DNA from: Bacteroidales bacterium
GTDB lineage: Bacteria > Bacteroidota > Bacteroidia > Bacteroidales > Bacteroidaceae
Length of the DNA: 64,000 nucleotides
Reading direction: 5' to 3'
NCBI GenBank assembly: GCA_004557185.1
Contig: SFEP01000002.1
Location: forward strand, 8,672 to 72,671
Shown here: one piece after another, positions 9,635-19,598 of the stretch
Numbering within the stretch: the stretch's first letter is position 1
How the letters are laid out: every line of letters starts with the position of its first letter
The notes under the pieces: generated by a model
What the model was told of the DNA's origin: nothing
Databases searched by the model: none
What the model saw: only the letters and a program-made list of their open reading frames with translations
Translations under genes and position numbers: made by a program

Positions 9635-12600
9635 CTACGCCTCGTCGGTCAGCATGGCGCGGAGGGTGAGCAGGGCGCACTCCACCGAGGGCACGTCGGC
9701 AATGACCATGCGGCGGCGTCCGTTGGCCTCGTGCAGGCGGCATCGCCCCACGCTACGTGTGGCGAAGTCGATGATCTGGCCGAAGGTGTCGCTCTGATAG
9801 AAGGCGCTCTCGGGGTTTTGCACAAAGTAGAGCGTCATGCGGCGGTCCTTCAGCACCATGCGTTCGGCCCCGGCGCGGCGACCCAGAGCACGCAGCGGCA
9901 CGATGCGTAGCAGTTCCTCGCCCTCGGGAGGCAGCGGACCGAAACGGTCGTTCATGCGCTGGCGGAAGGCTTCAATCTGGGCATCGCTCTCGAGCGAGTC
10001 GAGTTCGCGGTAGAGCATCATACGCTCCGAAGCACCGGGCACGTAGGTTTCGGGGAAATAGGCATGCAGGTCGCACTCCACGGTGCAGTCATCCACAAAG
10101 AGTTCGCCGCTCAGGTGCCCCGTGGTGCGCATTTCGTCGGCATAGAGGTCGGCAAACTCCTCATTCTTGAGTTCGCTCACTGCTTCCGATAGGATTTTCT
10201 GATAGGTTTCATAGCCCAAATCGGCCACGAAGCCGCTCTGCTCCGCACCGAGCAGGTTGCCCGCACCGCGTATGTCGAGGTCCTGCATGGCGATGTGTAT
10301 GCCGCTGCCCAGGTCGCTGAAGTTTTCGATGGCCTGCAAGCGGCGCCGTGCATCGTCGGGGAGCAGAGCCAGGGGCGGGGCGAGGAGGTAGCAGAAGGCC
10401 TTGCGCGAACCGCGGCCCACACGACCACGCATCTGGTGCAGGTCGGAGAGGCCGAAGTGGTGCGCTGAGTCGATGATGATGGTGTTGGCGTTGGGAATGT
10501 CGATACCGTTTTCCACAATGGTGGTGCTGATGAGCACGTCGTAGTCGTGGTTTACAAAGCCCGTGACCACCTCTTCGAGCCTCGCGGGAGGCATTTGTCC
10601 GTGCCCCGTTGCGATGCGGGCATCGGGCACATGTTTGTGCACCAAGGCAGCGAGCGTTTCGAGTTGCGACACGCGGTGCGTCACGATGTAGGTCTGCCCG
10701 TTGCGGCTCATCTCAAAGTTCACGGCCTCGGCTATCACCTCCGAACTGAAGGTGTGTATCTCAGTGTGAATGGGGCGGCGGTTGGGTGGCGGCGTCTGTA
10801 TGACGGAGAAGTCGCGGGCTCCCATCAGCGAAAACTGCAAGGTGCGCGGAATGGGCGTGGCCGACATGGTGAGGGTGTCGACGTTGACCTTGAGCTGGCG
10901 CAACTTCTCCTTGACTGCCACGCCAAACTTCTGTTCTTCGTCGATGATAAGCAGTCCGAGGTCGTGCCATTTCACCTGTTTCCCCAGCAGTTTGTGCGTA
11001 CCGATGAGTATGTTCACCTGGCCCGCGGCGAGGTCGGCCAGCACGGCTTTGGTCTGTGCTGCGGTGCGGGCTCGGCTGAGGTAGTCTACTCGCACGGGGA
11101 ACTCAGCCAGGCGGCGGCTGAATGTTTTGTAATGCTGCAAGGCCAGCACGGTGGTGGGCACGAGCACAGCCACCTGCTTGTTGTCGGCCGCTGCCTTGAA
11201 GGCGGCACGCACGGCAATCTCGGTCTTACCAAAACCCACATCGCCGCACACCAGGCGGTCCATGGGGCGGCGCTGCTCCATGTCGGCCTTAACCTCCTGC
11301 GTCACGCGCAGTTGGTCGGGGGTGTCCTCGTAGGCAAAGCCGGCCTCCAGTTCTTGCTGCATGAAGGAGTCGTGACTGAAAGCGAAGCCCTCGTGGCTGC
11401 GGCGCTCGGCGTAGAGTTTGATAAGGTCGCGTGCAATGTCCTTGATGCGTTTCTTGGTGCGGTCCTTGATTTTCTCCCAAGCCCCTGTGCCCAAGGCGGT
11501 GATGCGCGGCGGTTCGCCCTCGCGGCCTTTGTATTTCGACACCTTGTGCAGGGCATGGATGGATACGAACACAGCATCGTCGTGGCGGTAGGTGATTTTT
11601 ATCATTTCCTGCCAAGCACCGTCGGCAGCAGGCATGCGCACCAGTCCGCCGAAGCGCCCCACGCCGTGGTCAATGTGCACCACGTAGTCGCCCGGCTCGA
11701 ACTGCATGATTTCCTTGAGCGTGAGTGCCATCTTGGCATCGCGGGCATGGTCGCTGCGCAGGGAGTATTTGTGAAAACGGTCGAACACCTGATGGTCGGT
11801 GAAGAGACACAGGCGCAGCGAACCGCACATAAAGCCTTCGTGCAGTGTGGGCGTCACACCGTGCAGGGTGAGCCCCGTTCCCATGTCGGCCAATATCTGC
11901 TGCATGCGCTCATGCTGCTTTTCGCTGTCGGCCAGCAGGAAGAGGGTGTAGCCATCGGCACTAAACTGTCCCAGGGCTTGCGCCAGCAGGTCGAATTGCT
12001 TGTGAAAAAGCATTTGCGGCTGTGTGTCGAAATGCAGCACGGCGCTGGGTGTGCCCAGCGGCTGCCCGCCGTAGCAGGTGCGCTGCAAGGGTGCCAGGCC
12101 GCGCATCAGGGTTTCGCCCCTGACAAACTGCACGCTGGCCAGCAGTTGCTCATGGCGTTCGCGGGCCTCCTGCTCGCTCTGCGCCTCGCGTTCCAGCACA
12201 GCCTGCCGCGCAAATCCCTCGTTGTAGAGCCTGTCAGCGGTGTCGTGCAGCAGGGTCATGTCGCGCAGCACGAGGGCTGTGCTGTCGGGCAGGTAGTCGG
12301 TGAAGGGCACGAGGCTGCCTGAGGCCGATGCCTCAACGTCGGGCACGATGCGCACCTGGTCGCGGCGGTCACGTGAGAGTTGCGTCTGCACCTCGAAGGA
12401 GCGTATGCTGTCCACCTCATCGCCAAAAAAGTCGATGCGGCAGGGATAGTCGGAAGCGTAGGAAAAGACATCGAGAATGGAGCCGCGCACGGCATACTCG
12501 CCGGGTTCGTAGACGTAGTCCTTCTGCACAAAACCCAAGTCGCGCAACTGCTGCGACAGCGCCGTGAGGTCGTAGCAGGCACCAGTCTGCAGGGTGAGCG

Positions 12601-13054
12601 TCTGCTCCTGCACCTGTTCGGGAGCCGCCACCCGTTCGCACAAAGCCTGCGGAAAACTGACCACATAGAGGCTCGCACGCTCCTCCCCTGCCCTGCCCCA
12701 TTGTGCCAGCCGCCCCAGCACCTCAGTGCGCAATATCTCGTTGGCCGCATCGCGCTGGCCGTACTTGGCGGCGCGGCGGTAGGCCGAGGGGTAGAAGAGC
12801 ACGCGCTCCTCGCCCAACATCTGCTTGAGGTCGTGGTACATGTAGCCGGCTTCCTCCTCGTCGTTGGGCACAACCAGGAAGGGGCGCACCACCGGTGTGG
12901 AGCGTGCGGTGAGCGAGGCCAGCGCCACAGCGGGTGCCGAGCCGCGAAGCCCGTCAAGCCAGATGTCAGTCACTTGGCCCTCAGCCAGGAGTTGGTGCCA
13001 CGCCGCCAGCTGTGGATGGGCGGCGAAACGGGGCAAGAGTTCGGATAAATGCAT
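9635..13054 (-). CDS. mfd: Transcription-repair coupling factor
   Basis: GDYVVHIDHGVG (RID), CGDVGFGKTE, DEEQKFG, SATPIPRT, QMRGRVGR, DLDIRGAGNLLG. Probable start MHLSELL at 13054. Confidence 0.97.
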   Translation of the reverse strand: MHLSELLPRFAAHPQLAAWHQLLAEGQVTDIWLDGLRGSAPAVALASLTARSTPVVRPFLVVPNDEEEAGYMYHDLKQMLGEERVLFYPSAYRRAAKYGQRDAANEILRTEVLGRLAQWGRAGEERASLYVVSFPQALCERVAAPEQVQEQTLTLQTGACYDLTALSQQLRDLGFVQKDYVYEPGEYAVRGSILDVFSYASDYPCRIDFFGDEVDSIRSFEVQTQLSRDRRDQVRIVPDVEASASGSLVPFTDYLPDSTALVLRDMTLLHDTADRLYNEGFARQAVLEREAQSEQEARERHEQLLASVQFVRGETLMRGLAPLQRTCYGGQPLGTPSAVLHFDTQPQMLFHKQFDLLAQALGQFSADGYTLFLLADSEKQHERMQQILADMGTGLTLHGVTPTLHEGFMCGSLRLCLFTDHQVFDRFHKYSLRSDHARDAKMALTLKEIMQFEPGDYVVHIDHGVGRFGGLVRMPAADGAWQEMIKITYRHDDAVFVSIHALHKVSKYKGREGEPPRITALGTGAWEKIKDRTKKRIKDIARDLIKLYAERRSHEGFAFSHDSFMQQELEAGFAYEDTPDQLRVTQEVKADMEQRRPMDRLVCGDVGFGKTEIAVRAAFKAAADNKQVAVLVPTTVLALQHYKTFSRRLAEFPVRVDYLSRARTAAQTKAVLADLAAGQVNILIGTHKLLGKQVKWHDLGLLIIDEEQKFGVAVKEKLRQLKVNVDTLTMSATPIPRTLQFSLMGARDFSVIQTPPPNRRPIHTEIHTFSSEVIAEAVNFEMSRNGQTYIVTHRVSQLETLAALVHKHVPDARIATGHGQMPPARLEEVVTGFVNHDYDVLISTTIVENGIDIPNANTIIIDSAHHFGLSDLHQMRGRVGRGSRKAFCYLLAPPLALLPDDARRRLQAIENFSDLGSGIHIAMQDLDIRGAGNLLGAEQSGFVADLGYETYQKILSEAVSELKNEEFADLYADEMRTTGHLSGELFVDDCTVECDLHAYFPETYVPGASERMMLYRELDSLESDAQIEAFRQRMNDRFGPLPPEGEELLRIVPLRALGRRAGAERMVLKDRRMTLYFVQNPESAFYQSDTFGQIIDFATRSVGRCRLHEANGRRRMVIADVPSVECALLTLRAMLTDEA

Positions 13055-13352
13055 AGAGGCGGCTTTGGGCGCAGCCTCGCCGTGAACCACGCCGGCTGCG
13101 CGAAAATCAGCGGCAAAATTATAAAAAATGCGTCTATCGCACGACCGCCGCAGCGGTGCATTTTGCCCGCCAGCATCTGGGGCGTAGCGCAGCCATGCCC
13201 TTGCACCCGCAGGCCACGCCGAAAAAAAGGGTGCGGTGCATGGCATGCATTCGGGGCAAAATGGTAAATTTGCAGCATAGCGGCCTGCGGACCTATGTCT
13301 CATAGGGGCCAGACTTGGCTGCCTGCATGAAAAACATACACCATTTATATAT

Positions 13353-15572
13353 ATGATGACCATCAACCATCTGCTCAAAGCGGGCCTCGTGCTCGCCACC
13401 CTGGGCTGCGTGCCTGCCTCGGCTCAGATAAGCCTTGTCAACCCCGTGCCGCAACAAGTGTCTACCCCCAGCCAGCCACTCACCGCCGCACCGCAAGCCT
13501 GGCGCCTCAAGGCCGATGCAGCACGTCTGCAATCATTTGCAGTGAAAAACCTGCAGCAGCACTGTGCCATTACCTGCGAGGCCGCCGCGCCCTTCACCCT
13601 CACACTGGGCGTGAAAGGCGACAAAGCCGTAAAGAAATATGCGGCCAAAGCACCCAAGCACGCCGAAGGCTACTACCTGCAACTCTCCCAGCAAGGTGCC
13701 GTGGTGGTGGGTAGCGACGAGGTGGGCCTCTTCTATGGTCTGCAAACCCTGCAGCAGTCGCTGGCCGAGGGCAAACTGCAGGAAGCCACGGTGACCGACT
13801 GGCCCGACGTGCCCTTCCGCGGCACGGTCGAGGGCTTTTACGGCACGCCATGGAGCCACAAGGCCCGCCTCAGCCAAATCGAGTTCTACGGACGCAACAA
13901 AATGAACGTCTACATCTACGGACCCAAGGACGACCCCTACCACCGCGACCACTGGCGCGTGCCTTATCCCGAGGACGAAGCCAAACGCATTCAAGAACTC
14001 AACGAGCACGCCAAGCAGTGGGGTGTGAAATTCTACTGGGCCATCCATCCCGGCGTCGACATCAAATGGAACGATGCCGACCGCGACGCCCTCCTGGCCA
14101 AGTTCGAGAAAATGTATGCCCTTGGCATCCGCGCCTTCGCCGTCTTCTTCGACGACATCTGGGGCGAGGGCACCAAGGCCGACAAGCAGGCTGCCCTGCT
14201 CAACTACGTCGACAACCACTTCATTGCCACACACAAGGACGTGGCGCCGCTCATCATGTGCCCCACTGAGTACAACCGAGCCTGGGCCAACGACGAGAAG
14301 GGCTATCTGCGCACACTCGGCGAACAGATGAACCAGGGCATCGAAATCATGTGGACGGGCAACACCGTGGTGCACTGCATTGACAAGGAGTCGATGGAGT
14401 GGATCAACCAGCGCATACGCCGCAAGGCATACATCTGGTGGAACTTCCCCGTGAGCGACTTTGTGCGCGACCACATCCTGCTGGGCCCAGCCTACGGCAA
14501 CGGCCTCGACATTGCAGCCGACATGTCGGGCTTCGTGTCGAACCCCATGGAACACGCCGAAGCCTCGAAAATTTCGCTCTATGGCATTGCCGACTACACC
14601 TGGAACATGGAAGCCTACGAACCCATACGCGACTGGGAGAAAGGCCTCGCCGCCGTGCTGCCCGCCGCCACACCGGCCCTGCGCACCTTTGCCCTCTACA
14701 ACAAGGACCTCGGCCCCAACGGACACGGTTTCCGCCGAGAGGAGGGCGATGAACTGAAAACGGTGGCCCAGCAGGCGCTGCAAGGCCAGGAAGCCGCGCT
14801 CAACGAGCTGGCCAAGCGCTGCCGCGACCTCGGCACGGCTGCCGACGTGCTGCTGGCCGACCAAACGAACCCCGAACTGCTGCGCGAACTGCGCCCCTGG
14901 CTGTTGCAGGCCAAGAACGTGGCCGACTTTGGCGCAGCCGTCACGGCCATGACTGCCTGCAAGGACGGAAAGGCCTTCCCCACCTTCACCGACCTCTACA
15001 CGCAGGCCCGCTCCATACAGCAGCAGATGTATGAACTCGAAAACTCCACGGTGCGCCACGCCCTGCAGCCAGGCATCAAGGTGGCCACGGGCGTCATGCT
15101 GCCCACGCTGCACGCCCTCTTCAAGCAGACGGTCGAAAAATACAACACAGCCCACGGAACCGACCTCGTAACAGCTGCTGAGTACAACCCCTACAAACTC
15201 ACCACCGACGTGCCGCAGCTCCGCCTGCTGCCCGTCACCGCCCGCGGCAACGACGTGAACATTTCGCCCGCCCTCGAGGTCATACAGTGGCCCAAGGACG
15301 GCAGTCTGACCCTCGAGGCCGACCGCGATTTCACCATCGTGGGCATGGACTTCAACTTCGGTGTGCCCGGCGCAGCCAAGGACTTCAAGCTCGAGCTCTA
15401 CAGCAACGGACAGTGGCGCGAAGTGAGCATCATGCACTACGCCGACAACGACCCCGTCATTCACACCGGCGGTGAAATCAGCGCCAGTCCCGCCTCGCGT
15501 CTCCGCGTTACGAACATCTCAGGCAGCGACCGCCAAGTCTACTTCAAGCACTTCAAGTTTGTCAAGCAGTAA
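13353..15572 (+). CDS. GH84 beta-N-acetylglucosaminidase (NagJ/O-GlcNAcase-like)
   Basis: GTVEGFYGTPWS, YIYGPKDDPYH, catalytic FFDDI, CPTEY, WWNFPVSD, NPM; signal peptide. Confidence 0.93.
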   Translation: MMTINHLLKAGLVLATLGCVPASAQISLVNPVPQQVSTPSQPLTAAPQAWRLKADAARLQSFAVKNLQQHCAITCEAAAPFTLTLGVKGDKAVKKYAAKAPKHAEGYYLQLSQQGAVVVGSDEVGLFYGLQTLQQSLAEGKLQEATVTDWPDVPFRGTVEGFYGTPWSHKARLSQIEFYGRNKMNVYIYGPKDDPYHRDHWRVPYPEDEAKRIQELNEHAKQWGVKFYWAIHPGVDIKWNDADRDALLAKFEKMYALGIRAFAVFFDDIWGEGTKADKQAALLNYVDNHFIATHKDVAPLIMCPTEYNRAWANDEKGYLRTLGEQMNQGIEIMWTGNTVVHCIDKESMEWINQRIRRKAYIWWNFPVSDFVRDHILLGPAYGNGLDIAADMSGFVSNPMEHAEASKISLYGIADYTWNMEAYEPIRDWEKGLAAVLPAATPALRTFALYNKDLGPNGHGFRREEGDELKTVAQQALQGQEAALNELAKRCRDLGTAADVLLADQTNPELLRELRPWLLQAKNVADFGAAVTAMTACKDGKAFPTFTDLYTQARSIQQQMYELENSTVRHALQPGIKVATGVMLPTLHALFKQTVEKYNTAHGTDLVTAAEYNPYKLTTDVPQLRLLPVTARGNDVNISPALEVIQWPKDGSLTLEADRDFTIVGMDFNFGVPGAAKDFKLELYSNGQWREVSIMHYADNDPVIHTGGEISASPASRLRVTNISGSDRQVYFKHFKFVKQ

Positions 15573-15625
15573 ACGTCCCTGCCCGCCCCCCTGGCGGGGG
15601 CAGCCTCCCAGCCCCCCCTCATGCA

Positions 15626-15659
15626 CCGAAGCCCCGACGCCCACACGCCGGGGCTTCGG
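15626..15659 (+). terminator. Hairpin downstream of the GH84 gene
   Basis: CCGAAGCCCCG-N12-CGGGGCTTCGG; no strong U-tract. Confidence 0.5.
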
Positions 15660-15847
15660 CTCGTCATAACCCTGAGATGTGAAAAAATGTGTGACATAGG
15701 CTTGAAAAAGAAAAGGCAAAATGGGCGTGCGCTGATTTTATCACTAACTTTGACGCGATAAAGGCATCTGCAGCCCCAGGCCACACGGCGGTGCGCCCCG
15801 GCATGGGCTAAGCCTAATGCTTGTTAATCAAAAAACATCTCTCCTAT

Positions 15848-18796
15848 ATGAAACGCATTCTACTCTTCATGCTTTGCGTCAGTCTGGCCACAAGCATGCT
15901 CCGCGCCAGCAATTTTGTGGAGGGCGAGGCTTACCGCTTGGTCTGCCAGCTCTATCCCAACGGCTGCCTGATGCTGGGCAGTAAGCACGGCTCCACGGCG
16001 CAGATTTACCACGGCACCACCTACGACGGCGCCAGCGACGGCTGGTGGACCATCAAAAAAGGCCAAACGGGCTACACCATCAGCAACGACGCCACCAGGC
16101 AATACCTCACGTACACGGGCAACCGCATCAACGGCGAAGTGAAGGGCGTGGAACTCACCGACGAGGTGCAGGACAAAGCCAGCGAGTGGACATTTGAACT
16201 GAAAAACGGCTACTACGTGCTGAAAAACGTGAGCGAGACCACGCAGTGGCTCAACGTGCGCACCGACGGCACTTACCTCGTGGGCTCCTACAACGGCAAC
16301 CAAGGCTCTATCAACGAACTCTTCGCCATCTACGACGCCAACGGCGCAACCGTATCCTTCGAGGGCGGCGGCACAGAGGTAGAGGAACCCGCCGACGACT
16401 TCACGGCCACCAGCGGCATGACGGCGAACCAAGAGTACTGGGAACGCTCGGGCGTAGACCAGCCTGTGGTCATCACCACCAACGTAAACGACCCCGTGCT
16501 CTACTCCATCGTCAACCTCCGCACAGGGCTCTACGCCCAACTCAACTACCAGGTGCAGCAGGGCCCCTACAGCGAGCGCTCCACCTTCTATTTCGTGCAA
16601 CAGCCGGGCGGTCTGCAAATCTTCACCAGCGACGGCCAATGCATCTCCACCGACTACCCCACCAACTATGCCAACCGCCGCTACGGCCTGAACACGGCCT
16701 GGTACGTAGGCACTGACAACCTGTGGGCCATTTCACACTACACCGGCGACGAGCCGAACGGCTACCTCATTGGCAAGCTCGACAACTTGAGCAAGGGTAG
16801 CCAGACGGGGCAGACGCAGAGCAAATACCTCTACTGGAACGACTACGACACGGGCCTCGGCTCGCACACAGTGGGCCTCTACGACGCCGACCCCGGCTCC
16901 ACCTTCGTGTTCTGCTCGGCCGACGAGCGCCACTACGACCTGCTCACAAGCCAAGGCATCACCTTCGACGGCTCCGACCCCACCAACCGCATTCCCAGCA
17001 AACTCAAAACGGCCTTCGACTCCCTGCAGTTGGCCGGCAAGGAACTGGTGTGGGACAACAGCCACGCGCGCTTCATGGCCACCCTGCCTCCCACCGTCGA
17101 GGAGGGCACCACCTACACGGCTCCGCTGCACCAGGTGCTGCGCGCCACCTACGAGGGCCTCTCACTGCGCGTCAACGGCACCCTCATCGACAGCGACATG
17201 AAGCCCGTAACCTTCGACCGCGTGGACTGCCAGACGGAGTATCCGCTCGAACTGCTTAACGCCGAGGGCGAAGTGGTGCGCACGGCAAGCCTGCTGTTCA
17301 CCTACCTGCCTGTGGTCGAGGTGAACGTCACCTCGTGCAACGGCAGCTACTACACCCGCGGCTCGCTGCGTGTGACCGACCCCGAAGTTTCGGGCTACGA
17401 CTCACTCTACATAGCCGACTTCAAGTACCGCGGAGCCACGGCACAGTCGTTCCCCAAGAAGGCGTACGCCATCAAGATGCGCGACGCCAACGGCGAGTCG
17501 GTAGACCGCAAATTCTTCGGTCTGCGCAACGACAACAACTGGATTCTCGACGCCATGGCCGTCGACCCCGCTTGCATGCGTAACCGCGTAGCCACCGACC
17601 TGTGGAACGCCTTCTGCACACCGCCCTACTATAAGGAAAAGGAAAAGAAAGCCCTCACAGGCACACGCGGCCACTTTGTGGAGGTGCTGCTCAACGGCAG
17701 CTACCACGGCATCTACTGCATGACGGAGAAACTGGACCGCAAGCAAATGAAACTGGCCAAATACGTACCCGCCACGGCCACCGAGCCCGACACCATCAAG
17801 GGCCTGCTCTACAAGTCGTCGCAATGGTCGTACGAGGTGTTCATGGGACATGAAATAGACTCCGAACGCTTCCCCGGCTACGAGCCCGAAGCCTACAGCA
17901 ACACCATGGGCATTGAAACATGGGCTGAATACGAACTCAAATACCCCGACTACGAGGATGAGGGCGTAGACTGGCAACCGCTCTGGAACGCCGTCAACTT
18001 TGTGGCCAAGGGGCCGAGTAGTCCCACCTTCGCCTACGACCTGCCCTTCATGTTCGACATGCCTGTGATGAACGACTACTACCTCTTCATCGACCTGCTG
18101 CTGGCCACCGACAACCACGGCAAAAACATCTTCTTCGCCATCTACGACAAAACCAGCCGCTACGGCAACAAGATAACCATTGCTCCTTGGGACCTCGACG
18201 GCACATGGGGCGCACGCTGGGATGGCTCCTACAAGTACACCAGCGACGCTACACGCGACCTCGACGCCTTCCTGTGGGAATGTGAGCACGGACAGCACAC
18301 CCTGTACTACTGGCTCAAGCAGAACGACTTCAACAACTGGCAGGCCACCCTGGCACAGCGCTACGCACAGTTGCGCCAGACTTACTGGCAAACCGAACAG
18401 CTGACCGACCGCTTCGCTGCCTACGCCGAACTCTTTGCCAAGAGCCACGCCGACGAACGCGAAGAGGACCGCTGGCCGAGTCTGCACAGCGGCATACAGG
18501 ACGCCGTGAACTACGTGCTCGACTGGATTCCCAACCGCATAGCTGCCCTCGACGCAAAGTATGGCTACGACCCCGCCATGGTGGGCATCAACGAAGCCGA
18601 CGCCGACGCTTACTTCAAGGCCGAAGGCGCAGCAGGCAGCATCGGCGTGACGGCCGGCAGCCCCTGCACCATACGCATCTACAACACCGCTGGCCAACTG
18701 CTGCGCCACGAGCAGGTGCAAGCGGGCTTCCACGTGCTCAGCGGCTTTGCCCCAGGCATCTACGTGGTCAACGGGCTGAAGGTCATGGTGCGCTAA
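15848..18796 (+). CDS. CotH-family kinase with N-terminal ricin/beta-trefoil-like domains and probable T9SS C-terminal domain
   Basis: KYRGA...KKAYAIK, WILDA...MRNR, FVEVLLNG.YHGIY...E, DNHGKN, PWDLD; C-terminal IYNTAGQLL...PGIYVVNGLKVMVR; signal peptide MKRILLF; -7 box TAACTTTG at 15745. Confidence 0.88.
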   Translation: MKRILLFMLCVSLATSMLRASNFVEGEAYRLVCQLYPNGCLMLGSKHGSTAQIYHGTTYDGASDGWWTIKKGQTGYTISNDATRQYLTYTGNRINGEVKGVELTDEVQDKASEWTFELKNGYYVLKNVSETTQWLNVRTDGTYLVGSYNGNQGSINELFAIYDANGATVSFEGGGTEVEEPADDFTATSGMTANQEYWERSGVDQPVVITTNVNDPVLYSIVNLRTGLYAQLNYQVQQGPYSERSTFYFVQQPGGLQIFTSDGQCISTDYPTNYANRRYGLNTAWYVGTDNLWAISHYTGDEPNGYLIGKLDNLSKGSQTGQTQSKYLYWNDYDTGLGSHTVGLYDADPGSTFVFCSADERHYDLLTSQGITFDGSDPTNRIPSKLKTAFDSLQLAGKELVWDNSHARFMATLPPTVEEGTTYTAPLHQVLRATYEGLSLRVNGTLIDSDMKPVTFDRVDCQTEYPLELLNAEGEVVRTASLLFTYLPVVEVNVTSCNGSYYTRGSLRVTDPEVSGYDSLYIADFKYRGATAQSFPKKAYAIKMRDANGESVDRKFFGLRNDNNWILDAMAVDPACMRNRVATDLWNAFCTPPYYKEKEKKALTGTRGHFVEVLLNGSYHGIYCMTEKLDRKQMKLAKYVPATATEPDTIKGLLYKSSQWSYEVFMGHEIDSERFPGYEPEAYSNTMGIETWAEYELKYPDYEDEGVDWQPLWNAVNFVAKGPSSPTFAYDLPFMFDMPVMNDYYLFIDLLLATDNHGKNIFFAIYDKTSRYGNKITIAPWDLDGTWGARWDGSYKYTSDATRDLDAFLWECEHGQHTLYYWLKQNDFNNWQATLAQRYAQLRQTYWQTEQLTDRFAAYAELFAKSHADEREEDRWPSLHSGIQDAVNYVLDWIPNRIAALDAKYGYDPAMVGINEADADAYFKAEGAAGSIGVTAGSPCTIRIYNTAGQLLRHEQVQAGFHVLSGFAPGIYVVNGLKVMVR

Positions 18797-18819
18797 GCAC
18801 ACCCCCCTCCCCCATCACG

Positions 18820-18863
18820 AGGCTGCGCCATACACAACAGTGTTTACGGCGCAGCCTCTTTTT
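18820..18863 (+). terminator. Intrinsic terminator after the CotH gene
   Basis: GAGGCTGCGCC...GGCGCAGCCTC followed by a T run. Confidence 0.7.
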
Positions 18864-18968
18864 CGTGTCGCACCGTGGCATACAATGACCAAGCCCGAAT
18901 GCCGATAGCAACGAAGCAGAGTGGCCATGATGACACACCGTCTTTTTCGTGTCGCACCGTGGCATACA
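18857..18968. repeat. Exact 28-bp direct repeat, 84-bp period
   Basis: TCTTTTTCGTGTCGCACCGTGGCATACA at 18857 and 18941. Confidence 0.85.
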
Positions 18969-19079
18969 TTCCCTCCCTTCTCTCACCATGCCATCGCTCC
19001 TACCCCGGCAGCCTTGGCGCTGCTCCGTGGGCTTCACGGAAAGGTGCCCACGCTGACGGGCTTAGGAGTAGCCGGAAAC

Positions 19080-19153
19080 AGATGCTACGTAAAAAATGTT
19101 ACGTCGTTCGTAAAAAAAATCACGTCGTTCGTAAACTTTTTTACGTAGCATCT
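19080..19153. repeat. 72-bp GATGC-N62-GCATC element, core type A
   Basis: 17-bp perfect terminal inverted repeat AGATGCTACGTAAAAAA; 21-bp internal units; second copy at 43856. Confidence 0.85.
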
Positions 19154-19183
19154 ATTTTCGACGGCGTGGCGAGCCGTAAAAAT

Positions 19184-19257
19184 TAGATGCCGTGGAAGAA
19201 AGTTCCCACGACATGGAAAAAAGTTCCCACGGCGTGGAAGAAAGCTCCCACGGCTTC
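19184..19257. repeat. 72-bp GATGC-N62-GC(T)TC element, core type B
   Basis: Three 21-bp units nCRTGGAARAAAGYTCCCACG; partial inverted copy at about 43796-43832. Confidence 0.8.
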
Positions 19258-19598
19258 CCGTTGACGCGGGGCGGTGGGCAGGACGCCGGCCAAAGGGCGG
19301 TGGCGCGGAGCGGGGCATGCGCTGCGCTGCCCTTGCATGCGCTGCCCGCTTGCTGCGGTTTCTGTCCTAAGGCCGGCCGTGGGCTTCACCGTTTTTCCCG
19401 TTCCCGTCATGGCGGCGGGGCGGGGAGCAAAGGGCGGGGCGCTCGGGGTGGCGGCAATATGGCATGTATTTGTAGCAAAGCGGCGGGTAAAGAATAAAAA
19501 ACTGCACACGGCGCCGCTTTGGCGTGCACAGGTTAGAAAGACTACCGATTTTTGTCGTACCTTTGCAATACAAACACATAGCTACCTTTTTGAAATTT

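Noticed and set aside
13055..13399. N-terminal extensions in the ORF track (mfd, nusB, udk, GH2, P-type ATPase, cstA)
   Set aside because: The extensions are non-conserved and mostly run across promoter boxes or repeats; downstream ATGs match family N-termini.
18857..18968. Possible one-spacer CRISPR mini-array
   Set aside because: Only two repeats, the 56-bp spacer is atypically long, there is no leader or cas gene, and the repeat overlaps a terminator.
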